Assembly: GCA_013239625.1 (NCBI GenBank)
Contig: MU053482.1
Location: forward strand, 3,805,922-3,869,921
Origin: Lama guanicoe
Lineage: Eukaryota
DNA length: 64,000 nt
Reading direction: 5' to 3'
The notes beneath the pieces are model-generated. The model saw only the letters and a program-made list of their open reading frames with translations. It was not told the DNA's origin and did no database searches. Made by a program: the position numbers and the translations under genes. This document shows, piece by piece, positions 49,323 through 61,212 of this stretch (positions within the stretch are counted from its first letter, which is position 1; each line of letters begins with the position of its first letter).

Positions 49323-52117
49323 TGTATTCATCATCTCTGAGTGTGTAACAAATCACACCGGAACTTAGTGACTTAAAACAACAATAATCATTTTTTTTCT
49401 CTCTCATGCTTTCTCTCGGACAGAAATTCTGGAGCAGCGTGGCTGGAAGGTTCTGGCTCAGGATCTCTTAGGAGGCTGTGGGCAGATGTCAGCTGGGCAG
49501 CCCTCATCTGATAGCTTGCCTGGACCGGCAGGATCTACCCTCAAGCCAGTGCACTCACACAAGTTGGTGCTGGCTATTGGCAAGGCCTCGGTTCCTCTCC
49601 ACAGCATGTGTGAGTGGCCTCACACCATGGGGGCTGGCTTCCCTCAGAGCCCAAGACCTGAGCCCAAGGAAGATGCTTTTAGGCCCTTTATGACCTAGCC
49701 TCATCACCTCTGTATTGTGTTGGTCACACAGCCCTGATGCAGTCGGAGAGGGGACTGTACCAGGACAAGAATACCAGGAGGCAGGGGTCATTGGAGGTTG
49801 GCTACCTCAGTCTACCTTCTGCTCCTGGTGAGCCATACATTTCTCATATGAACATACACTCACCCCTTTCCAGGGTCCCCTAAGTCTAATTCTATCACAG
49901 CATCAACCTGAATGTCTGAATCTAGCTTGTCATCTAATCAGGTTCAGGTTCAGATGAGGCTCGTTGGGTGAATTTCTCAAACACAACTCCTCTGTACAGT
50001 TCCTCTTGGTCCAAACAAATTACCTCCACGCTACCCAATATACAAAGGTGGGACAGGCGTAGGACAATCATTATAGGTCCTCTCGTTAAAAATAAAAACA
50101 AAACAAAGCAAAAAAAGGATGGGGAGTACACAGGAATTCTTAGCAATTCTGAAATTCTGCTGGGCACATGGGTAATTTCCCTGCTGCTTGGGAACGGTTC
50201 TCCATGGCTCTTGGCTCCACCTCTGGGTTCAGAGGCAGAAGCTCTCAGAGCCATCCTTTCTTTCATAGGTTGGATAGGGCCAAAGACCCATTTTCATTTT
50301 GTACTGTCTCTGCACCTCTTTGTCCAAATAGGCAGTGTTTCAGACAATGCAATCATCTTAAAATCATTGTGAGTTTTCTATAAATCTTATTGGTGTTTGC
50401 TCCCTTAGAGAAAAGTCACAACCACAAACATCAATGACATAAGCCCTTTTCTAACTTGAGTTCCCTGTCAGGCTGTTAGGGCACACCACACTTAAGATCA
50501 CCAGAAGCTCCATTGCTTACTGGTGAGGCTCTATGAGGGACTTTTTTTTTTTTTCTGGTTTCATCACCACCTTAACATATTTCCAAGGTCTTAATACAGG
50601 GTTTTATGTTCAATCCCTCAGCTGCATCTTCAGACCACAGCATCCTGACAGTACCCTAGATTTGATCTTTGCCGGGAGGTCATTTTAAAATTTTAGCATC
50701 ATTTCCTGTCAGGAGAATCTAGGAGTAAGACATCTTAATTTTCAAACCCAGCAAGTTTTGACTGCTTTGTGCTCAATGGTCCTTCCTTTGACATGTTTTC
50801 TCTCTTTTCACATTTGATTATAAGCCTCTGGAAGAGGCCAGGTGACATCTTTGACATTCTACCTTGAAATCTCCTTTGCTAGATCATCCAATTCATTTGG
50901 TACATTTTCTGTTTTCCTTTTTACCGCAGAAGACAGTGTTGCTAAAATTTTCCTTTCTATATGTTATGAGCTGAAGGCTTCTGTCTGTCCAGATTTATAT
51001 ATTGAAGCTCTAAGCCCCAACGTGACCATGTTTGGAGATCAGGCTTATGTAGAGGTGATAACGGTAGTTTGAGGTCATAAGGGTGGGGCCCTAATCTGTA
51101 GACTGGTGCCCTTATAAGAAGAGGAAGAGACACCAGAGTGTCTTTCTCTGCCACGTGAGAATGTGGACGCCTGCAAGCCAGGAGGAGAGCTCCCACCAGG
51201 AACTGCATTGGCTGGCCCCTTGATCTCGGACTCCCCAGCCTCCAGAACTATGAGAAATAAACTTCTGTGGTTTAAGCTACTCAGTCTGTGGTGTTTTGTT
51301 ACGGCAACCCGAGCGGACTAACACACTATCTAACAAAGATCTCTGTTCCTCCATCTTCCAATCTGGTCTTCCTTAGTTTCCTTTAAGTCCTCATGGACAG
51401 CCTCCTTGAAGGCCATCAAATCCCACAGTTTCTTCAATACACTTCCAACTTCTACCCTCAAAGCCACTGTTTCATGTTTAATTTTTTTTTGTTACAGCGT
51501 CATACACCTTTCAGACCCCAAAGTTTCCATTGCTTGTCTGTTGCTGCTCATACAGATCAGACACCCCAAAACTTACTGGCCACAGCAATGACAGTCACTT
51601 ATTATCTCTTATAATTTCTGAGGGTCAGGAATCGAGAAGCAGCTTGGCTGAGTGGTCCTGGCTCAGGGTCTCTCATGACGTTGCCATCAGGTGGTGTCTG
51701 GGGTCATTTTAAAAGCTGACTGACTCCTGTGTCTGGGGCCTGGGCCAAGAAGACTTGAACAGCCAGGGGCTGGAAGAGTCAGCACTCCTGCGTTGTTCTC
51801 TGTGTGCTCTCTCCACGTGACGTCTCCAGCGTGGCGCCTTCAGGGTAGCCAGACTTTTTACATGAAGGGCTTCCAAGGCACATGTTCCAAGAGAGAGCCA
51901 GGCAGAAGCCATGTGCTTCTTACGACCCAATCTCAGAAGTCACTTTGCATCATGTCTGTGGCATTCTATGCATGAGAGTGTCACAAGCCCAGGCCAGATT
52001 CAATGACAAGGGACACAGGACCCACCTCTCACACTGTAGCACAAGCATGTGGGAAGGAGACATACTTACATACAGAAACACTGGTGTGGTCATTTTTAGA
52101 AAACATAATCTGACATA
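49323..52117 (-). mobile_element. Degenerate two-LTR MaLR element (MLT1F/G-type LTRs plus MLT-int)
   Basis: LTR 49323-49809, internal region ~49810-51527, LTR ~51528-52117; both LTRs share ggt.ctggctcagg.tctct. Confidence 0.75.
50962..51325 (+). mobile_element. MLT1A-like solo LTR nested in MLT-int
   Basis: tgttatgagctgaa...aataaacttctg...gactaacaca; TSD ctata / ctatc. Confidence 0.9.
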
Positions 52118-52279
52118 AAGCACCCAGCACACCGTGGGTCTTTAGTGAATGTTTGCTGCTCATTTAGTTGGCTTACTGACTTTGTGGCATAATCATCATA
52201 ATAATGGTAAAAGTAATAATGATAGTAACAACTATAACAACCATTGACCAGTTTATAACCAAGCTCTGGGAAGGACCTC

Positions 52280-52562
52280 TTTTAAAATTTCCTTTTGGAT
52301 TGAAGTGTACCTTTAATGCAACAAAGTTCACAAAGCTTAAGTGTACAGCTCAGTGAATTTTCCTATGTGTTTACAGACACGTTCCCAACCCAGAACAAGG
52401 TATGAACAATTTCCAACACACCACAAAGGCTGCCTTATATGCTTCACAGTCAATGCCCGTCCTCCTCCCAGGTAAACGCTCTTCTGATTCCTATCACCGT
52501 AGATTAGTTTAGCTTGTTCTTGAACTTCGTATAAATGAATGTCTATTTTTGTTTAGCTTCTC
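52280..52562 (-). mobile_element. Old LINE-1 (L1MB/MC-like) 3' fragment
   Basis: cttaagtgtacagctcagtgaatttt...tatcaccgtagattagttt...ttgaacttcgtataaatg. Confidence 0.8.
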
Positions 52563-52945
52563 TGATATGCAAAGCACTTGATATGTGTTATCTCACTTAA
52601 TTCTCACAAGAGTCTGATGAATAAGAATTTACATGCCAGTGACAATACTTCAATACAAAAAAAAAGATTAAAAAAATAACTTAGATGCTGGTTAAATGCT
52701 GGAAAAGTGTGTTTTGTTTAGCTTGCACAATGTTTTTAAAAATATTTTGAGCTTGTCTACCTCTAGCATTAGAAGTTGAATGCAATCCCTTGCTATTTTA
52801 TTCTCAGACGTCATTTATTTTCCTTGCCTGGTACCGTTAGGCACTGAGTTTGTAAACTCGAAGGGGAGAAGTAATATTGTCTCCAGCCCCTGAGAAAACA
52901 GAGGTTCACCAAGGGGTTAAAAACATGTGTTTAAAATCTCACATC

Positions 52946-54483
52946 TGCACACCTACAGTCAATTAATCTTTGACGAAGGAGGCGAGAATATACAGTGGAG
53001 AAAAGACAGTCTTTTCAGCAAGTGGTGTTGGGAAAGCTGGATAGCAGCATGTAAATCAATGATGTTAGAACACCCCCTCACACCACACACAAAAATAAAC
53101 TCAAACTGTCGTAAAGACTTAAATATAAGACAGGACACCATAAAACTCCTAGAAGAGAATACAGGCAAAACATTCTCTGGCATAAATTGTAGCAATGTTT
53201 TCTTAGGTTAATTTACTGAGGCAATAGAAATAAAAACAAAAATAAACAATGGGACCTAATAAAACTTATAAGCTTTTGCACAGCAAAGGAAAGCATAAAC
53301 AAACAAAAAGACAACCTATAGAATGGGAGAAAGTATCTGCAAACGATGCAACCAACAAGGGGTTAATTTCCAGAATATATAAATAGTTCATACAACTCAA
53401 TAACAAAAAAACAAACAAAAAACAAATGGGTAGAAGACCTAAACAGACATTTCTCCAAAGAAGATATACAGATGGCCAATAAGCATATGAAAAAATGCTC
53501 AACATGGCTAATTATTAGAGAAATGCAAATCAAAACTATTTGCGGCATAGAGGGGGAAGGTATAGCTCAGAGGCAGAGCACATGCTTAGCATGCACAGGG
53601 TCCTGGGTTCAATCCCTGATACCTCCATTAAAATAAAAAAAAAGTGTATAAATAAACCTAATTACCACCCCACCACCATCAAACCCAAAACTATATGAGG
53701 TATCACTTCACACCAATCAGAATGGCCAATAATCAAAAAGTCTACAAATTGTAAGTGCTAGAGAGGGTGTGGAGAAAAGGGAACCCTCCTACACTGTTGG
53801 TGGGAATATGAACTGGTATAGTCACGATGGAGAACAGTATGGAGGTCCCTTAAAAAAACTAAAAATAAAGTTACCACATGATCCAGCAGTCCCACTCCTG
53901 AGCATATATCTGGAGAAAACTCTAATTTGAAAAGATCCATGCACCCCAATGTTCATAGCAGCATTATTTACAATAGCCAAGACATGGAAGCAACCTAAAT
54001 GTCCACCAACAGATGACTGGATAAAGAAGATGTGGCATATTTATACAATGGAATACTACTCAGCCATTTGCAGCAACATGAATGGACCTAGAGATTATCA
54101 TACTAAGTGAAGTAAATCAGACAGAGAAAGACAAATATCATATGATATCACTTATTTAAAATACAATTCAAATAAACTTATTTACAAAATAGAAACAGAC
54201 TCATAGACACAGAAAAAAAAAAAACTTATGGTTACCAAAGGGGCCAGGGGAGGGAGGGATAAATAAGAAGCTTGGGATTAGCAGATACTAACTACTACAT
54301 ATAAAATAGATAAATAATAAGGACCTACTGAATAGCATAGGGAACTATATTCAATATCTTGTAATAAACTACAGTGGAAAAGAATACGAAAAAGAATATA
54401 TATATGTATAACTGAATCACTTTGCTGTATACCAGAAACTAACACAACATTGTATATTCACTATACTTCAATAATAGAAAAAA
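52946..54483 (+). mobile_element. LINE-1, ORF2 C-terminus plus 3'UTR, containing a SINE
   Basis: [31 protein letters not shown] (ORF 52927-53211); TSD aaaatctcacatc / aaaaactcacatc. Confidence 0.95.
53552..53685 (+). mobile_element. Camelid tRNA-derived SINE nested in L1
   Basis: ggtatagctcagaggcagagcacatgcttagcatgcacagggtcctgggttcaatccc...aataaacctaattacc; TSD caaaactat at 53531-53539 and 53686-53694. Confidence 0.93.
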
Positions 54484-56251
54484 AACTCACATCAAGTTGA
54501 TGGAGGTAATAAGATTTGAACTTGGGCCTGTCTTCCTGCAGCAAGGAAGGCAAGTTGTCTCTCAATCTATTGTTTCTGACTCTGAAACGCCCTTGTCTGC
54601 AGCCTCATGACCTCTGCCTTAGCCTGTGAGCAGTGCTAGCCATTATGATCAGCCCTACCCCGACCCCGGCCAGCTCTGAGGCTCACCAAAATGATCCCCA
54701 AACTCCCATCCAGTCCCGCCAGTTGCAAACAAATCTATTTCTTTCTTTTCACATCTTTGCTCACGCTGGTTCTTCCTGCCTACAATACTGCCCCCCACCC
54801 ACTACCCCCACCACTTAAGTCATCCATCCTTTAAGCCTCAGCAAATGATGATATTTCCTCCTTGTTGCATACATCTCTCCTGGCCAACAGAATACTCCTC
54901 TTTCCGGTCAGTACACCAAGACTCGTTCTTTAAAAGTTGCAACGCAGTTACCAAAAAGTTGGATCAGAGTGACCTGGAGTGACTTTTAGGAATGGCACCA
55001 AAGTATCAGTTCCTTAAAAGTTTTAAAAAGAAACCTAATTTCATTTGTTTGATCTCTACTAAATGCATCATTAACGTTTTATTGATTCTTAAGAAAGAGC
55101 GATGAGAGGAGTCTGTGCTACCCCCACTGGGTGCCAAATGAACAAGCAGTCGGGAGTTTTATTACTTTCAGATATCCCACTTGCTTTCCAGATACCCCAT
55201 GGGGTTTCAATTCCAGCTCAGTGACGCTTGCTGAGCAGCCCTGGGCTTGACCATACAGGTTGGGTGTCTGGGAGAAAGAAAAGGGAGGCTGCAGCCCTGG
55301 GCTGGGATGAGTCGGGGTCCCAGGTGAGGGTGTATGTGGGGACACTGGCAGGGTGGAGCGGCAGCTGACTGAGGGGTACCTGGGCATATTGCTAGAGTTC
55401 AGGGTTCTTGATCCTGGCCCTCTCTCTTCTCTTTGGGAGACCTAGGGCTAGTTATTAACTTCTTAGGGCTTCAGTTTTCCTATCTGAAAAATGTACATTC
55501 CAGGTAACTTGAAGAGCTTCTGGATCTGGGGCACATACAATCACCCTCGATGGGATTTTGCTTTTCCTCCGTGTTTTGAAAATTGGCTCAGAAGTTTGAG
55601 ATGCAAAATGCTGTTTACTTATAGCAGTGTCTAGATCTTCATGGAAGCTACCTTTTTTTGGATATTTACTGTGTGCCAGCCTTGTGTCAGGCAGGCCTGT
55701 CACATGCATTTTCCCCTTCATTTTCACTGCAGCCACCGCCATCTCCCCTGGACAGATGAGGAGAGCAGAGCTCAGAGAGGTGAAGAGACTTGCTGGATGC
55801 CACATGCATTACTGAAATGTGATTGAGCAAATAATTGGTAAAAATAAAGGATGTCTTTTCTGGTTTATTTCCCTGCTCAGCATCTCTATTTACTCCTTTG
55901 CCTTTTGATAACAAATCTAGCCTGTTTGGCTAAAGGCAAAGTTAGTCATAGTACCCCACTACACTGGCCCCAGGATTGGTCTAGAAAAGTGCATATGGTG
56001 TGGTCTGGGTGAACCAGAGCCCTTTCCTGGGATTTTCCAAACTGGAGCCTAAGAGAGAGCTCTCTTCTTTCTTGGATCATGGTTGTGGAAGGGACAGGGG
56101 CTGGAGGTGCCTATGATCTCTCTCACTTGGGGGAAAAGAGCAGAAGTGGGGAAAGTGAAGAGAGAGAAAGAGAGAAAGATGGTAACTGGGTCCCTGGTTC
56201 AGCTCCTGTGTTGGACCCTGTCATGTTCTGCCCACACTCTCCTTCAGGAAT

Positions 56252-56664
56252 CGTATTACTCAGCTTGATCTGTCATAACAAAATACCATAGACTGAGTGG
56301 CTTAAACAACAGAAATTAATTTTCTTACAGTTCTGGAGATGGGAAAGTCCAAGATCAAGGTGCTGACGTGGTCAGGTTCTGGGGAGGGCTCTCTTGGCTT
56401 GCAGATGGACACATTCTCACTGTGTCTACACAAGGCAGAGAGAGAGGGAGAGAGAGGGAGAGGGAGGTGGGGGAGGGAGGGAGAGAGAGATAGATCTGGT
56501 GTTTCTTCTTCATATTAGGACACCAGCCCTACTGTACTGGTGACCTTGTGACCTCATTTAACCTTAATTATCTCCTCACAGGCCCTGTCTCCAAATACAG
56601 TCACACTGGGCATTAGGGCTTCAACATATGAATGCTAGGGGGCACACACTTCCAGTCCGTAACA
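56252..56664 (-). mobile_element. MaLR solo LTR (MLT1A/B-like) with internal GA microsatellite
   Basis: cataacaaaataccatagactgagtggcttaaacaacag...ttcaacatatgaat...cagtccgtaaca. Confidence 0.9.
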
Positions 56665-57028
56665 GGAGGGAAGGACTGTTTACCTCCAGCTGCCTGGGAG
56701 CTGCTGGCAGAAAGGGCTGAGCTGCCCGTCTTCTGCAGGGACTGCCTCAGCTGAAGAGCTGCCTTGTGGGTTATTAACGCCGTGCTTCCTTGGCTCCACT
56801 CAGGACCACTGATAAACAAAGGCTGGGCGTCCTCTCCCCAGCACCGGAGGATCATGCGGCTTCAGAACTCTCTCCGGGCCTGGGGCTTCTGTCACTGCGG
56901 CAGGTTCACACCTCGGGTTCTCCCTCCGGCCAGGCCTGCTTCCTTGCCTCCCACAGCTCTTCTGAACAAACGCCCTCCACGCTAATATCCATCTAAGAGT
57001 CCGCTTCCTGGGGAACCCAGCCCACCAC
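56665..57028. mobile_element. ERVL LTR16-like relic
   Basis: cctcagctgaagagctgcctt and cacgctaatatccatctaagagtccgcttcctggggaaccc match recalled LTR16 features. Confidence 0.65.
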
Positions 57029-57169
57029 TGCTCCTGGCGGCTCCTGAAACTGTTTACTTCCTTATCTCCTTCAATTCTGTGAGCTACTTCACAAATGTGC
57101 CCTTATTTTTTGCTTAAAACTCTATAGAAACAACTTTAAATCAGTTATAAAAACTACCAAAACCCCCAC

Positions 57170-57481
57170 TACCGGTGGCCTCAGCTGCCCGGAGCCCTGC
57201 CATGGGTGATTCCCGGGGCGCGGTGGGACCGCCGCCGCAGGACCCGCTGCCTGCACGTGCAGAACCTCGCCGCCGGCCTGGGTCTGAGAGAGAATGGCTT
57301 CTGTCTCTCTTCCACCTTCCAAATCTCACGGGAATGTCTCTTATTGGTGGAATCAAAACTAGAACGCTGCCCGCACGGGAATCTGGGAAATGTAGTCTTT
57401 AGCTTTCCAGCTTCTGGTGATACAGGAAGAGCTCAGAGGGGCTGGGATAGTGCTCAGTACTAACAGTCAGCAACCAGCACA
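57170..57481 (-). mobile_element. Ancient MaLR LTR (old MLT1 group), CpG-rich
   Basis: ttccaaatctcacg...attggtggaa...ctgggaaatgtagtctttagctttccagc...cagcaca. Confidence 0.6.
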
Positions 57482-57739
57482 AAACGAACTTGGAAATCAC
57501 AAAAAACTTGCAAACCAAAAAGCCCAGTGTGATGTGAAGGAGAACACAAATGTGAATTTCCTTTGACAAGTAAAATGTACCATGCAAATATAAGGTGTTT
57601 TATAGCTGGAGAGGGTTCAGAATTGTGGGCGGGGCATTCCAAGGAAACAATTCAGTCTTCACTAAAAAAAAAAAAAACCAAATTATTTTTTTGCTTTAAT
57701 TTTTTGAATAATTGTTTCCAAACTTTTATTTTAAGTGAA

Positions 57740-58090
57740 TAAATGTATTTATGTGCATTTGTCAGAGAGTTTGTTGTGTGATGGGTCTGTTTGTTGTGTG
57801 ATGGGTCTGTGTATGCAATTTCACGTTCTCTTTGTGTTTGTATGTGAATGTGTGAGTGAGGAAGCCTGTGTGTGTGCGCACACATGTGTGTGTTTCATGT
57901 TGGAATCTCTTTATATGTATGTATACACGTATAGTGTATATGCATGTATTGTGTGTGTGTTGCATGTTGTAGTGCCTCTGTACATGTGTGTATGTATACA
58001 GTGTATGTTGTATTTGTGAGTGTGTGTTGCATGTTGGAGTCTATGTGTATGTCTACACATAGTGTATATGCATGTATTGATGAATCTCTG
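57740..58090. repeat. Degenerate (TG/TA) low-complexity tract with local duplications
   Basis: 20-bp tandem ttgttgtgtgatgggtctgt x2 (57771-57810); atagtgtatatgcatgtattg occurs twice. Confidence 0.85.
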
Positions 58091-59406
58091 TTCTGAATGT
58101 CTGAGTTCATTCCAAATTTTAGTGAGGATATGAGAACTGACCTCTCTCAGCACATGGATAAGCACCATAATTGAGCTTCTTTTCTCTCCTTTCTGTTGGC
58201 CACATTATCTGCTTTCTTGCCCCAGGAGTGGCTCTTTGGCATCAGGGAGCAAAGGATCACAATTTGTCATTACAGAGAGAAATTGAAGAAGCTGAGACTA
58301 CAGAGAGGGTCTTTGAGCTTGGTGAGCTTTCCAAGGGGGAGGCTTTTACAGCACAGTCACGTCAGTAAAGGTGATGGAGCTTGTGTGTGTGCATGTGAAC
58401 ATGTGTGTTCACCCACGCAGACCTGGGCTCAGGCTGGGGACTGTGCTAATAAAATCTATCAGAATGTCTGTCCTAGCTATTCCTGCAGCGCATTCAGATT
58501 CCAGACTAGACCCCTTAACCTCCCTCCTGCTTCCTCTCACCCTCTCTCCCACATCCAGTTCTACATCTCAAATGGCTCTCTGTCTAGAAGGATCTCTCCA
58601 TCCCCACTGCCTCGCCTTAGTGCATTTCCCCTTTGATCACAATATCCTCTTCAATACCTCCTTCCTTCTACCTTCAAGCCTATTCTTTTCATTGAGAAAA
58701 TTCATGTTTTCTGCATATAAACTGAACTATTTTATTCCTCCATTCCTCCCTGGGTGTAGAAATGAATCCAGAAATCAAATGGCTTCCACAAGGAACCCCA
58801 TTGCTGCATTTCTGTAGTGAGCAGAAACTTGCAATTCATGTCTTATAATTAGATGAGCTGCTAATTGAGGAGGGGCATGCCAACCTGATTTGAGACTTGA
58901 CACAGTGATTACAGCCTTAATTACAAGGAGGAGAGGCATCAAGCCTCCTAATCTGGTTTTATCCCTGTTCACACTCCTGGCTGCAGCTGCCATGGGGAAG
59001 GCACTGAACATTCTGGACTATAAGATGGCTCTTCGGTGGCTGGGTCTGAACCAAGCCCCACGGGCTGACAGGTCTCCCTATGAGGGATGTTTTTCTACTT
59101 AGGACTCATCTAGGCTTTTTTTTTTCTTCACAAGTAAATCTGCAAAGGACAGTATTTCATCCTCCCAGAGCTGTGGAAAGTCACCCTGCTTTTGAGGCAG
59201 CTTCTGAATCATTTCAAATCATTTAGAAGAGCAATTGCCTCCCATCATTTTGCGAGGGCCCTGAGTCTCCCTTCCCTCCCTTAATTATGAATTAGTTCCA
59301 TGAGGTTGAGCTGTCTGATGTGATCTTCACTGTAACCCTGGCTCCCAGAATTGACCTTCGGTATTTTGTCATTGTATGAACATGCCAGGTATTCATTGAT
59401 AACTGT

Positions 59407-59737
59407 TGTTGACCCCAAATAAACAGACCACCAGATATTTCTCCAGCAAAGATGGGTTTATCCCAGATCAGCAGAGAATTGCACTTCAGTGTCTACAACC
59501 ATGGCGAGACACCTGCAAGTCCCCACACATAAAAGGAAGGAGAACTCTTTTATAGAGCTGAAAAGAAGTTGAGAGGGCTATGTAAACAAAGAGTCCAGGG
59601 CATTTCATTGGCTGAGTCCTTGCCAGGAAAGAAGAGTCTTCTTTCTGCTGGGCTCTGCTGTCATTGCAGGGCATGAGAGCTCCCCCTTCTGGTCTCCTGA
59701 TTCTATTTAATTGAGGTTACTGTTGATTAATTTTACA
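59407..59737 (-). mobile_element. ERV solo LTR (probably class I)
   Basis: TG...CA termini (tgttgacc...ttttaca), minus-strand TATAAAA and CCAAT, 4-bp TSD-like ctgt / ctgg. Confidence 0.7.
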
Positions 59738-60324
59738 CTGGGCTACAAAGATGAATCATAGATCCTGCTCTATAGGAGGATGGAAGGAAAACCAGCAATT
59801 AAAATACAGCCAGGCAAAGGCAATGTGAGAGGTGAACATAACACGATACAGGAGCCTAGAGGCATGGAATTGGACTCCTGCAGTCAGCAAATACTTCCTG
59901 GAAGAGGAGAGGAACAAGCTGAGGCTAAAAGGTTGTGGTAGTTTTCTAGGTGGAAAAATGGGGAAAGGCATTCCAGGTAGAGAGAATAGCTTGGGCAAAG
60001 GCAGGAAGGAAGCATGAAATACCAGGATGCGTTCAGGGAGCCGTAAAATGCTGGAGCATACGGATGAGGAGGCCAGTGGTAGGATATAGACTGGAGGATC
60101 TGGTCCCAGGGGCAGGGTCTCCATGCATGACTGCGGGCTGTTCGCTTTAGGAGGGCACCTGCCAAGGTGGTGAGGTGCTGAAATACAGCTCTGGCTCCAC
60201 ACGGCAAACATGTGCTTATAGCTACATCCTCCCAGAGGAGTCTCTCCTAGTTTGCAAAAAGGCTCCTGTGGGCCAGCAGTGTCTGTGGAGGGCTGCGCAG
60301 ATCTTGCTAAGGGTGTGCCTCTAT

Positions 60325-60695
60325 CTGGTTTTCAAACTTTATGCCTCAGAATTACCTGGAGGGCTCCTTAAACAGAGATCGGGAGGGGGAGGTATAGCTC
60401 AGTGGTAGAGTGTGTGCTTAAGGTGCACGAGATCCTGGGTTCAATTCCCAGCACCTCCATCCAAAAATAAATAAATAAACAAACAAACAAACAAACAAAC
60501 CAATCAACCTAATTACTTGTCTCCCCCCCAAAAAAAAAGAGAAAAAAGAGAAGTAAAAACCCCAGAGATTCTGAGGCCCTACCCTTAGGGTTTCTGACTT
60601 AGTAGGCTTGGTGTGGAACCTATGAATTTGCATCTCTTTTATGTTCCCAGTGATAGTAACACTCCTGGCCCAACCCATACTCTGAGAATTACTGA
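60325..60695. mobile_element. MER5A-like MITE, split by a SINE
   Basis: tggttttcaaacttt...attacctggaggg; resumes ctgaggccctaccc...tttctgacttagtagg...ctgagaattactg. Confidence 0.8.
60381..60560 (+). mobile_element. Camelid tRNA-derived SINE (vic-1-like)
   Basis: ggtatagctcagtggtagag A-box, gggttcaattcc B-box, (AAAT/AAAC)n then aacctaattac tail; cagagat on both sides. Confidence 0.93.
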
Positions 60696-61173
60696 TCTGG
60701 GTAATAGGAAGCCACTGGGAAGGGTTAGGTAGGAGAAATGGAGCCAGGGCTCCAGGTAAGAGGGATCTGTTTCCTGGGACTAGGGGCCCCAGTATCCCTT
60801 GAGAACCAGTTAGAGCAGCTGAATGTATCAAGGACAGTGGATACATAATATTCCCCATCTTGTCCTGCCAGGTGACGTTAAGTGGCACTATTCATTCAAG
60901 TAGAACTTCTATTCAAGGCTCCCCCTGTTTGGAAAGGTTTTGCCCACAGAGGATTTAAGGAGTGGCCACATCATTATAAGAAGCTTACCCCTAAAACTTT
61001 TACATAGTGAGCTCCCAAGTGATTTAAATATTGTTTACACTTTATTAATTACTCCCTGGAGAAGCAAAGGACTAAAGAAACCTAAAGCCACCAACTAAGA
61101 GGTGAGTCATAACTGGTGATAAAGCTTCTTTGAAAATTCTTATTAGTTCAATAAATACTTGACTTTAAAATTA

Positions 61174-61175
<2 letters not shown>

Positions 61176-61209
<34 letters not shown>
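61176..61209. repeat. (GT)17 microsatellite
   Basis: Perfect dinucleotide run. Confidence 0.97.

Positions 61210-61212
<3 letters not shown>

Noticed and set aside
57771..58080. Repeat array with possible function
   Set aside because: Only two or three degenerate copies within TG/TA low-complexity sequence; ordinary slippage.
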